64,000 nucleotides of DNA from Streptomyces sp. (lineage in GTDB: Bacteria > Actinomycetota > Actinomycetes > Streptomycetales > Streptomycetaceae): positions 19 through 64,018 of the forward strand of contig JABFVM010000222.1 in NCBI GenBank assembly GCA_013362785.1, in the 5' to 3' direction. Under the pieces are notes generated by a model that was given only the letters and a program-made list of their open reading frames with translations, was not told where the DNA came from and ran no database searches. The position numbers and the translations under genes are program-made. Shown piece after piece: positions 39,297 through 49,596 of the stretch (its first letter is position 1; the number at the start of each line of letters is the position of its first letter).

Positions 39297-42251
39297 TCAG
39301 TCCTCAAGTGAGGACAGGGCCTTTCCGATGAGCGCCGTACGGTCGGCCGCCGCGGTGACGTGTTCCAGGCCGAAGCCCAGCAGCACGGTGTCGTCCGTGG
39401 TGATCGCTCCGTAGGTCTGGAACAGCGTTCCGGTGCGTGCCCAGTCCTTGAGGACGGCCGGGCTGCCCGCGGGCGGTCCGGTCACCTTCCAGGCGCCGAG
39501 CGACGTCTCGAAGCCCTCGGTCTCGGTGGCCGTGCCGCCGACGACGAGTGCGGCCTGGTCGGCGAGAACGCCGCGCCCGCCGAAGCCCGGGTCGGAGACA
39601 TAGCTGATCGAGATCTCCACCGACCTGCCCGCGTACGGGCTCAGGTCGAACTCGACCTGCTTCCAGCCCGCGGAGGCGCCGGTGAGGGCGTTCCACTGAC
39701 CGCTGGTGCCGGACGCGGTGCAGCCCGCGGCCGACTGGGTCAGGTAGTGCTTGAGCCAGGGGTGTTCGGCCATGTAGAAGCCGGCCTCGCACTCCGCCGG
39801 CACGGCGTTGGAGCTGGCGCCGTTCTTCTCCGGGAGTGTCGTCCAGTCCTCGGCCCCGGTGCCGTGGGCCTCGATCAGGACGTTGTCGTAGCCGGGCTCG
39901 ACGTCCCACAGCAGCTGGGTGCGCAGGGTCGGCTGCTGAGCGGCGGTCACACCGGTGAGGTCGACGGTCCTGGTGAGCCGCTTGTAGGCGTCGTCGGTGT
40001 GCACGGCGGCCACCATCCACGAACCCGCGTAGGGACCGTACGGGTTGACCGTTCCGGCGAACTGTCCCGCGCCCGCGCTGGCGAACTGCGGGTACTTGTC
40101 GGCGGCCAGCTGGTCCGAGGTGACGCTGTAACTCCCGGCCTTGTCGAGCGGGTTGCCTGTGGCGTCACCGAGCGCTCCGGTGAAGCCGCCGAGCTTGCCG
40201 GAGCCGGTGAAGCCGGTGGCGCCGGGCAGCGACGTACGGGAGTAGGCGCCCAGGTAATACTGGCTGAAGTCGTTCGACAGGGTGCCGCCGCCGAGGTCCA
40301 CGTTGCCACCGGCCTGCTCGCCCGCCTCCATCAGCTTGCCGCCCTCGTTGAGGTAGGCGCGCAGCTGGAGCTGGGTGGCGTTGCCCGGGACGTTCGCGCC
40401 CGTGTAGTGGACGACGGTGTCGAAGTGGCTCAGCACGCCGAGCGCGTCGGGCGCGCCCTGAGCGGCGACGTCCCAGACGATCGCCCTGCGGCCGTTGGCC
40501 TTGAGCGCGTCGACGTACTTCTGCGCGTGCGTGGCGGTGGCGCCTTCCTCGGCGACCACGAGGACGTCCGCGCGCGGACGCTCGGCCACGGTGTAGGTGA
40601 AGTGCTCGCTGGAGACGGGCTTTCCGCTCCTCGTCTCGCCGGTGAACCACACCTCGACCTTGTCGCCGGGGCCGCCGTCGGTGACCTTGGCGCGGTACTG
40701 GTCGAAGTGGAGGTTGTCCGCACCGCCGTACGTCTCGCCGCCCTTCCAGGGCCGGAGCGTCCTGTCCTCGGTACGGCCGCCGTTGACGCGGTACTTGAGC
40801 TCCTTGTCGCGCACGGACTTGCGTACGACGACGGAGACCTCCTGGTCATGGCCGCGGGAGTAGGACGTGGTGAACGGCGCCGGGGTGAAGTCGGCGGCCT
40901 TCAGACCGACCGACGACGACGGCTGGTCCGGGTGCGCGGCGGTCTCGGCCACGGAGAGCGCGAACGGGACGTTCTTGGCGAACTCCTGCTGGATCAGCTT
41001 CTCGTCGTCCGGGAAGTTGAACACCGACTGGCAGTCGGCCGCGTTCCACTGGTCGTTCGGGTCGATGTTCGACGCGGTCTGGCAGGTCGACATCTCGGGC
41101 GTGAACATCGCGATGCCGTTGACGTTGCCCGCGTGTCCGTCGGCCTCGCCGTTGGTGGTGTACAGCTCCGAGGAGACCTGCGGGTGGTATCCCGGGATCG
41201 CGGGCTTGTCCGGCGTGCCGGCGAGCGCCTTGTAGAGCACGTCGTCCGGGGTGTCGGTGGCGACCTGCCAGCCGACGCCGTAGAGGATGAGCTCGGCCGC
41301 GGAGTGGTAGTTGATGCCGTAGTCGAATCCGATACGGCGCTCGAAGGCGTCCAGCGCCTTGGTCTCGGGCTCGGAGGCCGGGGACGCGCCGCGGTAGGTC
41401 TCGCTGGTGGGGTTGGGCGAGGAACCCTCGTCGTCGTAACCCCACTTGTAGGTGAAGTTGCGGTTGAGGTCGACGCCGTCACCGGTGCTGATGGCACCGT
41501 CGCCGTTGATGTCGCGCAGGTTCTTGCGCCACAGGCGGGTGCTGGAGTCCTTGAAGGTGTAGTCGTAGCCGTCGGGGTTGGCCGACAGGACGAACCACAG
41601 TTCGGTGGAGTCGACGATCTTCTTGACGCGCTTGTCCGTCTTGTAGTTGTCCAGGTAGTAGTGCATCAGACGCCGGGTCATCTCCGGCGTGATCCACTCG
41701 CGCGCGTGCTGGTTGGAGGCGTACAGGACGGAACGCTTGGCGCCGTCCTTGGTCTTCTTGGCGTTCTTGGTGAGCTTGAGGGCCAGGATGTCCTGGCCGT
41801 TGACGGTCTTGCCGATGGAGACGACCTTGGTGAGGTCCGGGTTCTGCTGCCCGGTCCGGACGATCTCCTCCTTGAGCCCCCCGCTTCCGCTGTACGGGCG
41901 GTACACGCCCTCCGCGGCCTTATCCGTACGGGCCTCCGCCTTTGCGGAGAGATCGTGCTCGGTGAGCTGGACGCCCTGCTTCTGAAGCCTCTCGGCCTGT
42001 TTGTCCGTGAGGTAGACCTCGACGGTGGCCTTGCCCTTCTCGGGCGCCTGCTCACTGAGTTCATGGCCGTCCTGGCCGGCCGCCAGCAGCAGGGGTACCT
42101 GCTTCTTGGTGACCTCGGCGCGGAAGACCTTGACTTCGTTCGGGTCGGTTCCTTGTGAACTTCCCGGTTGTGCCTGGGCGATGGGTGCAATACTCGCTCC
42201 GCCTATCAGGAGCGCACCGGCAGCGAGGATCGATCTCGCTCTAGGTCTCAT
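39297..42251 (-). CDS. Secreted M14 zinc carboxypeptidase with C-terminal accessory domains
   Basis: Signal peptide (AQA), HARE Zn motif, WRKN, DLNRNF, NYHS. Confidence 0.9.
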   Translation of the reverse strand: MRPRARSILAAGALLIGGASIAPIAQAQPGSSQGTDPNEVKVFRAEVTKKQVPLLLAAGQDGHELSEQAPEKGKATVEVYLTDKQAERLQKQGVQLTEHDLSAKAEARTDKAAEGVYRPYSGSGGLKEEIVRTGQQNPDLTKVVSIGKTVNGQDILALKLTKNAKKTKDGAKRSVLYASNQHAREWITPEMTRRLMHYYLDNYKTDKRVKKIVDSTELWFVLSANPDGYDYTFKDSSTRLWRKNLRDINGDGAISTGDGVDLNRNFTYKWGYDDEGSSPNPTSETYRGASPASEPETKALDAFERRIGFDYGINYHSAAELILYGVGWQVATDTPDDVLYKALAGTPDKPAIPGYHPQVSSELYTTNGEADGHAGNVNGIAMFTPEMSTCQTASNIDPNDQWNAADCQSVFNFPDDEKLIQQEFAKNVPFALSVAETAAHPDQPSSSVGLKAADFTPAPFTTSYSRGHDQEVSVVVRKSVRDKELKYRVNGGRTEDRTLRPWKGGETYGGADNLHFDQYRAKVTDGGPGDKVEVWFTGETRSGKPVSSEHFTYTVAERPRADVLVVAEEGATATHAQKYVDALKANGRRAIVWDVAAQGAPDALGVLSHFDTVVHYTGANVPGNATQLQLRAYLNEGGKLMEAGEQAGGNVDLGGGTLSNDFSQYYLGAYSRTSLPGATGFTGSGKLGGFTGALGDATGNPLDKAGSYSVTSDQLAADKYPQFASAGAGQFAGTVNPYGPYAGSWMVAAVHTDDAYKRLTRTVDLTGVTAAQQPTLRTQLLWDVEPGYDNVLIEAHGTGAEDWTTLPEKNGASSNAVPAECEAGFYMAEHPWLKHYLTQSAAGCTASGTSGQWNALTGASAGWKQVEFDLSPYAGRSVEISISYVSDPGFGGRGVLADQAALVVGGTATETEGFETSLGAWKVTGPPAGSPAVLKDWARTGTLFQTYGAITTDDTVLLGFGLEHVTAAADRTALIGKALSSLED

Positions 42252-42346
42252 GTACCCCCCTAGCAGTGTTTCGCCACAGCGGCGAATGACTGCCAGGCTC
42301 ATGCCACTTCACTGCCCAGTCAAGAGTGTCGCAAAGACCCACAAAG

Positions 42347-42385
42347 CCGGTGCCGAATGAATCCCAAGTGGACATCGGCACCGGC
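42347..42385. terminator. Stem-loop downstream of whiA
   Basis: GCCGGTGCCGA...TCGGCACCGGC. Confidence 0.55.
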
Positions 42386-42404
42386 GTGTTGGTGATCCGT
42401 CACC

Positions 42405-43394
42405 TCATCCCACGAGGTTGTCCGCCAGTTCCTCGCTGAGGTTGGCCTCCGTGCCCGGGATGCCGAGGTCCTGGGCCCGCTTGTCGGCCATGGCCAGCAG
42501 CCTGCGGATACGGCCGGCGACGGCGTCCTTGGTCAGCGGCGGGTCGGCGAGCGCGCCCAGCTCTTCGAGGGAGGCCTGCTTGTGCTCCATGCGCAGGCGT
42601 CCGGCGGCCGCGAGGTGCTCGGGGACCTCCTCGCCGAGGATCTCCAGGGCACGCTGGACCCGGGCGCCGGCGGCGACGGCCGCGCGGGCCGAGCGGCGCA
42701 GATTGGCGTCGTCGAAGTTGGCCAGCCGGTTCGCCGTGGCACGCACCTCGCGGCGCATCCGGCGCTCCTCCCAGGCCAGCACGGACTCGTGCGCGCCGAG
42801 CCGGGTGAGCAGGGCGCCGATCGCGTCGCCGTCCCGGACGACCACGCGGTCCACGCCCCGTACCTCACGCGCCTTGGCGGCGATCGACAGCCGACGGGCG
42901 GCGCCGACCAGGGCGAGCGCTGCCTCGGGGCCCGGGCAGGTCACCTCCAGGGAGGACGAGCGGCCGGGCTCGGTGAGCGAACCGTGCGCCAGGAAGGCAC
43001 CGCGCCAGGCGGCCTCGGCGTCGCAGGTGGCCCCCGAGACCACCTGCGGGGGCAGGCCGCGGATCGGGCGGCCCCGCCCGTCGACCAGACCGGTCTGGCG
43101 GGCCAGCTGGTCACCGCCCGCGACCACGCGCACGACGTAGCGCGAGCCGCGACGCAGCCCGCCCGGCGCCATCACGATCAGCTCGGAGCTGTGGCCGAAG
43201 ATCTCCAGGATGTCCCGCTTGAGCCGACGGGCCGCCATCGCGGTGTCCAGCTCCGCCTCGATCACGATCCGTCCGCTGACCAGGTGGAGGCCGCCGGCGA
43301 ACCGCAGAATGGCGGAGACCTCCGCCTTTCTGCAGCAGGTCCGGGTGACGGGGAGCCGGGAGATCTCATCCTTCACCGCTGCCGTCATCGCCAT
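42405..43394 (-). CDS. whiA: Sporulation regulator WhiA
   Basis: [39 protein letters not shown]; rapZ-yvcK-whiA order. Confidence 0.97.
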   Translation of the reverse strand: MAMTAAVKDEISRLPVTRTCCRKAEVSAILRFAGGLHLVSGRIVIEAELDTAMAARRLKRDILEIFGHSSELIVMAPGGLRRGSRYVVRVVAGGDQLARQTGLVDGRGRPIRGLPPQVVSGATCDAEAAWRGAFLAHGSLTEPGRSSSLEVTCPGPEAALALVGAARRLSIAAKAREVRGVDRVVVRDGDAIGALLTRLGAHESVLAWEERRMRREVRATANRLANFDDANLRRSARAAVAAGARVQRALEILGEEVPEHLAAAGRLRMEHKQASLEELGALADPPLTKDAVAGRIRRLLAMADKRAQDLGIPGTEANLSEELADNLVG

Positions 43395-44452
43395 GGGCCG
43401 ATCCTTCCATGCATCCGAAAAATACGGTCGTACGCGGCGGCGAGGAGCTCCGGGTCGTGCCGGGGCGTCCCGTCCGTCCGGGCCACCGGGGCCAGCTCGA
43501 CCGCGGCACCGAGCCGCTTGGCGGCCTCGGTGAGCACATCCCGGTCGGGCACGGCGGCCTCGTCGGCCAGCACCACGTCCAGGGCGAGTTTAGGGGCGTG
43601 TCGTCCCAAAACCTCCAAATGACGCTGCGGAGAGAAGCCTTCGGTTTCTCCGGGCTGCGGCGCGAGGTTCAGCGAGAGTACCCGGCGCGCCTTCGTCTCG
43701 GTGAGGGCGTCCAGGAGATCCGGCACCAGCAGGTGCGGGATGACCGAGGAGAACCAGGAGCCCGGGCCGAGCACCACCCAGTCCGCGTCCCGGACGGCGG
43801 CGACGGCCTCCGGCACGGCCGGCGGGTCGTGCGGTACGACGTGCACCGACTGCACCTCACCTGGGGTGAGGGCGACGGTGGCCTGGCCGCGGACGGTGTC
43901 GACGTCCTCGGGCCGGTCCGGATCGTGCCCCTTGACCAGGGCCTGCAGCTCCAGCGGTACGGCGGACATGGGTAGTACCCGCCCGTGCGCGCCGAGGAGC
44001 TTGCCGACCAGGTCGAGGGCCTGGACATGGTCGCCGAGCTGCTCCCACAGGGCGACGATCAGCAGGTTGCCGACCGCGTGGTCGTGCAGGTCACCCTTGG
44101 AGTGGAAGCGGTGCTGGATGACGCGGGACCAGGTCTGGCCCCAGTCGTCGTCGCCGCACAGCGCGGCCAGCGCCTTGCGCAGGTCGCCGGGCGGCAGCAC
44201 ACCCAGCTCGTCACGCAGGCGCCCGCTGGAGCCGCCGTCGTCTGCCACGGTGACTACGGCGGTGAGGTCGCCGGTGATCCGGCGCAGCGCGGCGAGCGAG
44301 GCGGACAGGCCCATACCGCCGCCGAGGGCGACGACCTTGGGCTGAGTGCCCCGGCGGCGCGGTCTGGCACCGCGGGCCTCGGTGGGCCGGGCGGCGCGCG
44401 ACTCGGGCACCGCGCGGCGCAGCCTGCTCAGCCGCGGAGTACGTCCCGTCAT
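43385..44452 (-). CDS. yvcK: YvcK/CuvA/GlmR-family UDP-GlcNAc-binding protein
   Basis: [36 protein letters not shown]. Confidence 0.92.
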   Translation of the reverse strand: MTGRTPRLSRLRRAVPESRAARPTEARGARPRRRGTQPKVVALGGGMGLSASLAALRRITGDLTAVVTVADDGGSSGRLRDELGVLPPGDLRKALAALCGDDDWGQTWSRVIQHRFHSKGDLHDHAVGNLLIVALWEQLGDHVQALDLVGKLLGAHGRVLPMSAVPLELQALVKGHDPDRPEDVDTVRGQATVALTPGEVQSVHVVPHDPPAVPEAVAAVRDADWVVLGPGSWFSSVIPHLLVPDLLDALTETKARRVLSLNLAPQPGETEGFSPQRHLEVLGRHAPKLALDVVLADEAAVPDRDVLTEAAKRLGAAVELAPVARTDGTPRHDPELLAAAYDRIFRMHGRIGPWR

Positions 44453-45465
44453 TCCCGTCCCATGTCCCGGTGTACGACCACCGTCTCCACGCCCTGGGAG
44501 GCAAGGCGCGCCGCGAGCTTCTCGGATGTGGCGACCGAGCGGTGCTTGCCGCCGGTGCAGCCGACCGCGATCGTCACGTACCGCTTGCCCTCCCGACGGT
44601 ATCCGGCCGCGATCAGCTGGAGCAGCTCGGAGTAGCGGTCGATGAACTCCTTCGCGCCGGGCTGGTTGAAGACGTACGCCGAGACCTCTTCGTTCAGGCC
44701 GGTGAAGGGGCGCAGCTCCGGGACCCAGTGCGGGTTGGGCAGGAAGCGCATGTCCACGACCAGGTCGGCGTCGACCGGGAGGCCGTACTTGAAGCCGAAG
44801 GACATGACGGTGGCCCGCAGCTCGGGCTCCTCCTCGCCGGCGAACTGGGCGTCCATCTTGGCCCGCAGCTCGTGCACGTTCAGGCTGGAGGTGTCGATCA
44901 CCAGGTCGGCGTCCCCGCGCAGCTCACGCAGCAGCTCGCGCTCGGCCGCGATGCCGTCGACGATACGGCCGTCGCCCTGGAGGGGGTGCGGGCGGCGCAC
45001 CGACTCGAAGCGGCGCACCAGGGCGTCGTCGGAGGACTCCAGGAACACGACCCGGCGGGTCACGCCCCGGGTGTCGAGGTCGGAGAGGGACTCGCGGAGG
45101 TTGTCGAAGAAGCGCCGGCCGCGGACGTCGACGACCACCGCGATCCGCGCCACATTGCCCTGGGAGCGGGCGCCGAGCTCCACCATGGTGGGGATCAGCG
45201 CGGGCGGCAGGTTGTCGACCACGAACCAGCCGAGGTCCTCCAGACACTTGGCCGCCGTGGAGCGGCCGGCCCCGGACATGCCGGAGATGATCACCAGCTC
45301 GGGGATGGCCGCCTCGGGGACCCCGGCTGTCTCGATACCCGTACTCACCTGTTCTCCGTCTTTCTGGAGTGCGTCCTGCTGGGTGAGATCCTCGCCGTTG
45401 TTGTTGTGCGTTTCCTGGGCTTGCTGATCTCGCTCGGCTGTGGGCTCTGTCTCGTGCTCGTTCAT
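44449..45465 (-). CDS. rapZ: RNase adapter RapZ (YvcJ) P-loop protein
   Basis: [39 protein letters not shown]. Confidence 0.95.
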   Translation of the reverse strand: MNEHETEPTAERDQQAQETHNNNGEDLTQQDALQKDGEQVSTGIETAGVPEAAIPELVIISGMSGAGRSTAAKCLEDLGWFVVDNLPPALIPTMVELGARSQGNVARIAVVVDVRGRRFFDNLRESLSDLDTRGVTRRVVFLESSDDALVRRFESVRRPHPLQGDGRIVDGIAAERELLRELRGDADLVIDTSSLNVHELRAKMDAQFAGEEEPELRATVMSFGFKYGLPVDADLVVDMRFLPNPHWVPELRPFTGLNEEVSAYVFNQPGAKEFIDRYSELLQLIAAGYRREGKRYVTIAVGCTGGKHRSVATSEKLAARLASQGVETVVVHRDMGRE

Positions 45466-47579
45466 CTCTCCTGCCCCCGTCGTTCGTCCGGGGCGCCCGC
45501 GGACACGGGCTCCCCCGAGGTCTCCGCCGTCGTCTCGGATTCCTCGTCTTCCATGATCTCTCCAGTCGCCGTGTTCACGGCCGGTGCGGCCGGGGCCGCC
45601 TGGGCGAAGGCCGCGGCGATCGTCTCGGCCGTCTTGCGACCTATGCCCTGCACCTCGCAGATCTGGTCGATGGTCGCCGATCGGAGCTTCTTCACCGAAC
45701 CGAAGTGCTTGATCAGCGCCTGCTTGCGAGTCTCACCGAGGCCGGGGACGTCGTCCAACGGGCTCGACCGGAAACGCTTGGCGCGCTTGGTGCGCTGGTA
45801 GGTGATCGCGAAGCGGTGGGCCTCGTCCCGCACGCGCTGGAGCAGGTAGAGGCCCTCGCTGGTGCGGGGCAGGACGACCGGATCGTCCTCACCGGGCAGC
45901 CAGACCTCCTCCAGGCGCTTGGCCAGGCCACAGACGGCGATGTCGTCGATGCCGAGCTCGTCCAGAGCCCGCTGGGCGGCCGCGACCTGCGGCTGGCCGC
46001 CGTCGACGACGACGAGCTGCGGGGGGTAGGCGAAGCGCTTGGGGCGGCCCTCGTCGTCCTTGAGGCCGTTCGCGAGGGGGGCGGAGGCGGTGTCGGTCAG
46101 GGGGTCGGCGGAGGTGAGGGCGCTGTCGCCGCCGGAGGGCTCAAGGCCGTTCTCGCCGTCGGCCCACTCGCCCGTCTTCTCCTTCTCGGCGAGGTAGCGC
46201 CTGAAGCGGCGGGTGATCACCTCGTGCATGGAGCGGACGTCGTCCTGGCCCTCGAAGCCCTTGATCTGGAAGCGGCGGTACTCGCTCTTGCGCTGCAGCC
46301 CGTCCTCGAAGACGACCATGGAGGCCACGACGTCGTCGCCCTGGAGGTGTGAGATGTCGTAGCACTCGATCCGGAGCGGGGCGCTGTCCAGGTCGAGGGC
46401 GTCGGCGATCTCCTCCAGGGCACGCGAGCGCGTGGTCAGGTCGGAGGCGCGCTTGGTCTTGTGCAGGACGAGCGCCTGCTGGGCGTTGCGCTCGACGGTC
46501 TCCATGAGGGCGCGCTTGTCGCCGCGCTGGGGGATGCGCAGCGAGACATGGGAGCCGCGGCGCCCCGACAGCCACTCCTGCACGGGCTCCAGCGGGTCGG
46601 GCAGGGCCGGGACGAGGACCTCCTTGGGCACGGCGTCCCCGGTCTCCTCGCCGTAGAGCTGCTGCAGGGCGTGCTCGACGAGGGCGCCGGTGGTGATCTC
46701 CTCGACCTTGTCGGTGACCCAGCCGCGCTGGCCGCGCACCCGGCCGCCGCGGACGTGGAAGATCTGCACGGCCGCCTCCAGCTCGTCCTCGGCGACCGCG
46801 ACGAGATCGGCGTCGGTGGCGTCGGCCAGCACGACCGCGTTCTTCTCCATGGCCTTCTTCAGGGCCTCGATGTCGTCGCGCAGGCGGGCGGCCCGCTCGT
46901 ACTCCATCTCCTCGGCCGCCTCCATCATCTGCTGCTCCAGGCGGCGCAGATAGGTGCCCGTGCGGCCGGTCATGAAGTCGCAGAACTCCTCGGCCAGTTC
47001 ACGGTGCTCCTCGGCGGAGACACGGTCCACGCAGGGGGCGGAGCACTTGCCGATGTAGCCGAGCAGGCAGGGGCGGCCGGTGCGGGAGGCGTTCTTGAAG
47101 ACGCCGGCCGAGCAGGTGCGGACGGGGAAGACGCGCAGGAGGAGGTCGACGGTGTCACGGATGGCCCACGCGTGCGCGTACGGCCCGAAATACCTGACGC
47201 CCTTCTTCTTGTGACCGCGCATCACCTGCACGCGCGGGTACTCCTCGTTCATGGTCACCGCGAGGTACGGGTAGCTCTTGTCGTCGCGGTACTTGACGTT
47301 GAACCGGGGGTCGTACTCCTTGATCCAGGAGTACTCCAGCTGCAGGGCCTCGACCTCCGTGGACACCACGGTCCACTCCACGGACGCGGCCGTGGTGACC
47401 ATCGTGCGGGTGCGCGGGTGGAGGCCCGCCAGGTCCTGGAAGTAGTTCGCCAGGCGCTGGCGCAGGCTCTTCGCCTTTCCGACGTAGATCACCCGGCGGT
47501 GCTCGTCACGGAACCTGTACACCCCGGGAGAGTCCGGGATCTGTCCCGGCTTGGGGCGGTAGCTGGAGGGGTCGGCCAT
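45462..47579 (-). CDS. uvrC: Excinuclease ABC subunit C
   Basis: GIY-YIG (PGVY...IYVGKAK), [21 protein letters not shown], HhH. Confidence 0.98.
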   Translation of the reverse strand: MADPSSYRPKPGQIPDSPGVYRFRDEHRRVIYVGKAKSLRQRLANYFQDLAGLHPRTRTMVTTAASVEWTVVSTEVEALQLEYSWIKEYDPRFNVKYRDDKSYPYLAVTMNEEYPRVQVMRGHKKKGVRYFGPYAHAWAIRDTVDLLLRVFPVRTCSAGVFKNASRTGRPCLLGYIGKCSAPCVDRVSAEEHRELAEEFCDFMTGRTGTYLRRLEQQMMEAAEEMEYERAARLRDDIEALKKAMEKNAVVLADATDADLVAVAEDELEAAVQIFHVRGGRVRGQRGWVTDKVEEITTGALVEHALQQLYGEETGDAVPKEVLVPALPDPLEPVQEWLSGRRGSHVSLRIPQRGDKRALMETVERNAQQALVLHKTKRASDLTTRSRALEEIADALDLDSAPLRIECYDISHLQGDDVVASMVVFEDGLQRKSEYRRFQIKGFEGQDDVRSMHEVITRRFRRYLAEKEKTGEWADGENGLEPSGGDSALTSADPLTDTASAPLANGLKDDEGRPKRFAYPPQLVVVDGGQPQVAAAQRALDELGIDDIAVCGLAKRLEEVWLPGEDDPVVLPRTSEGLYLLQRVRDEAHRFAITYQRTKRAKRFRSSPLDDVPGLGETRKQALIKHFGSVKKLRSATIDQICEVQGIGRKTAETIAAAFAQAAPAAPAVNTATGEIMEDEESETTAETSGEPVSAGAPDERRGQER

Positions 47580-47586
47580 GTCTCAC

Positions 47587-47608
47587 ACCCTACTGGCGCC
47601 CGCTGACA
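47587..47608 (-). promoter_or_regulatory. RecA-NDp/PafBC-type promoter of uvrC (likely leaderless)
   Basis: Minus strand reads TGTCAG-CGGGCGCCAG-TAGGGT, 7 nt before the ATG. Confidence 0.75.
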
Positions 47609-47620
47609 GTCCGGCGAGGC

Positions 47621-47629
47621 TGTGGACAA
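47621..47629 (-). promoter_or_regulatory. DnaA box TTGTCCACA
   Basis: Exact Streptomyces consensus 9-mer just upstream of the uvrC promoter; single copy. Confidence 0.45.
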
Positions 47630-47709
47630 CGCGCGTCCACGGTCAGCATGCCTCGTGGAATCCGAGAACGGCCAGGACACGGCCGTGATCGCTGTGGCCT
47701 GCGGCTCCG

Positions 47710-47858
47710 GGAGGCGGCGTTCGGCGAGCCGGAGGCGGCGTTCGGCCAGGCTGCGAGGCCGGTGCCGCGCGCCGGGGTGTCGGCCGCCAGTGTGAGCGGG
47801 TTCCCGCCCCTCCCATCGGGTTCCCGCCCCTCCCATCGGGTTCCTCCTCCCCTCCCGT
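47710..47858. repeat. Two sets of short direct repeats in the uvrC upstream region
   Basis: GGAGGCGGCGTTCGGC x2 (47710, 47731). CGGGTTCCCGCCCCTCCCAT x2 plus a degenerate third copy (47797-47858). Confidence 0.85.
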
Positions 47859-48245
47859 CGGGCTCCTTCTCCCCTCCGCGTCGGTGATCACTCCGGCCTC
47901 CGTGAAGATCGCGGGTCATGGCCCGGCGAGCCTGGCGTCGTCATGGCTCCGGCCTTGATCCACGCGAGCCACCAGGGAAGTGCTGCGCCTCAGGGGCAAC
48001 ACCGTGGTGGGCCTGGTGACTTGAGGCAGCCCGGCGTTCGACGCATCGTGACTCGGCCAGGCCGCGCCACTGTTGGGCATCAGGTGTTGTCGGGACTTGG
48101 TCAACACGCTTCAATGCGGGGGAACTCGGGGCCGTGAACGACGGCGTACGCATGTGAAGACCCCTGCCCTGCCGACGGGGTGGCCCCGACGAGCCGCGCG
48201 AACGGTCCGACCAACCGTTGTGAACAACCACAGAAAGGCCCCTGC

Positions 48246-49202
48246 ATGCCGCACGCCACTCAGCACGCGGACATCCCTGCCGTCGCCACCGCGGAACTGG
48301 ACACGGCCCTGCGAGGCGGCCCCTTCCACGTCGCCCTGCGCGCCGCGATAGCCGCCCGGGGCCTGCCGCTGCAGCGGGTGCAGCACCATCTGTCCCGTCG
48401 TGGCGTGAAGGTCGGTGTCACCAGCCTGAGCTACTGGCAGCAGGGAGCGCGGCGGCCGCAGCGCCCCGAGTCGCTGCGTGCGGTACGGGCGCTGGAGGAG
48501 ATACTCCAGCTGCCGGAGGAGTCCCTGATCCGGCTGCTCGCCGAGGCCGACGGCCACTCCGCCCTCCAGCGGCCCGCGGCCCGCTCCTACCGTTCCCTGG
48601 TCGAGGCCTCGGGCGTACTGGAACACCTGCTGTACGAGCTGGGCTGTCCCATCGACGGCGGCGTGCACACGCTGGCCCATCACGAGCGGGTACGGATCGG
48701 GGCGCGCCGTGAGCTGGCGGGACGCGAGTCGCACCACATCGTGCGCGCCCACAAGGACGGCGTGGACCGTTTCGTGGCCGTCCATCACGGCGACCCGGGG
48801 TGCGCACCGGAACGCATGACCGTGCAGGCCCTGGAGAACTGCCGCACGGGGCGGGTCCGTTGGCACCAGGACACCGGTGTCCTCGTGGCCGAGCTGCTCT
48901 TCGGCACACGCCTGCGGGCCGGCGACACCTATCTCTTCCGGTACGGCGTCGAGGACGGCACGGCCGAAGTGTCCCGCGAGTACGCCCGGGGCTTCCCGCT
49001 CGCGGGCGGCCAGTACGCCCTCCAGGTCCACTTCGCCGAGAACTCCCTCCCGGTCCGCTGCCACCGGTTCGCCCAGCACTCGGCGGCAGCGCCCCGCAGC
49101 GGCCGGCAGGGGCTGGCCCTCAGCGGGCTGCACCGCTCGGTCCACCTCGTCGAGCCCCGGGTGCGGACGGGGATCGTGGGCATCGGGTGGGAGTGGGAGT
49201 GA
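48246..49202 (+). CDS. XRE-like HTH protein with an uncharacterised beta-rich C-terminal domain
   Basis: FHVALRAAIAARGL.L......L...G....TSLSYWQQGARRP...ALEEIL; RBS GAAAGG. Confidence 0.75.
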   Translation: MPHATQHADIPAVATAELDTALRGGPFHVALRAAIAARGLPLQRVQHHLSRRGVKVGVTSLSYWQQGARRPQRPESLRAVRALEEILQLPEESLIRLLAEADGHSALQRPAARSYRSLVEASGVLEHLLYELGCPIDGGVHTLAHHERVRIGARRELAGRESHHIVRAHKDGVDRFVAVHHGDPGCAPERMTVQALENCRTGRVRWHQDTGVLVAELLFGTRLRAGDTYLFRYGVEDGTAEVSREYARGFPLAGGQYALQVHFAENSLPVRCHRFAQHSAAAPRSGRQGLALSGLHRSVHLVEPRVRTGIVGIGWEWE

Positions 49203-49220
49203 GGGGCCCCTCCTGGCTGG

Positions 49221-49382
49221 CCTCGGCCCTGCTGGCCAACGCCCACCCCTCGGCCCGGCGGATCAGCGCCCTGTCCTCGACTCTGCCGGCCACCGTCCTG
49301 AGCTCCACTCTGCCGACCACCACCCTGACCTCGGCCCTGCCGGCCAACGTCCTGTCCTCGGCCCTGCCGACCACCACGTTCT
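49221..49382. repeat. 27-bp minisatellite, 6 diverged copies
   Basis: Consensus approximately CCTCGGCCCTGCCGGCCACCGTCCTGT; units at 49221, 49248, 49275, 49302, 49329 and 49356. Confidence 0.9.
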
Positions 49383-49481
49383 GATCTCGGTACGGCTTGA
49401 CGCGCTTGACGCGCCCCTCGGCAGGTTCACGCACCTCGTGACAGGTCTCGTTGACGCACCCGGTGGCGGGCCGTGACAGCG

Positions 49482-49507
49482 CGTAAACGCTTGCGCAAAC
49501 GTTTACG
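49482..49507. promoter_or_regulatory. Tandem LacI-type operator
   Basis: CGTAAACGCTTGCGCAAACGTTTACG contains two AAACG(C/T)TT LacI-style sites. It lies downstream of TTGACG (49451) and upstream of a LacI gene. Confidence 0.75.
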
Positions 49508-49596
49508 TCCGACTCCGAATGGGATACGTTCCCGGCCGGAAGACCCGCCGCACCCCGGGGAGGGACGCGGCGCAGCCAGAACAGGGAGGGGTCCCG

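Noticed and set aside
47590-48231. Short ORFs 47590-47919, 47916-48107 and 47941-48231
   Set aside because: They are repeat-derived or lack coding-like codon bias and an RBS, and no family was recognisable.
49221-49382. Possible CRISPR array
   Set aside because: The units are contiguous and diverged, with no unique spacers, and there are no cas genes in the window.
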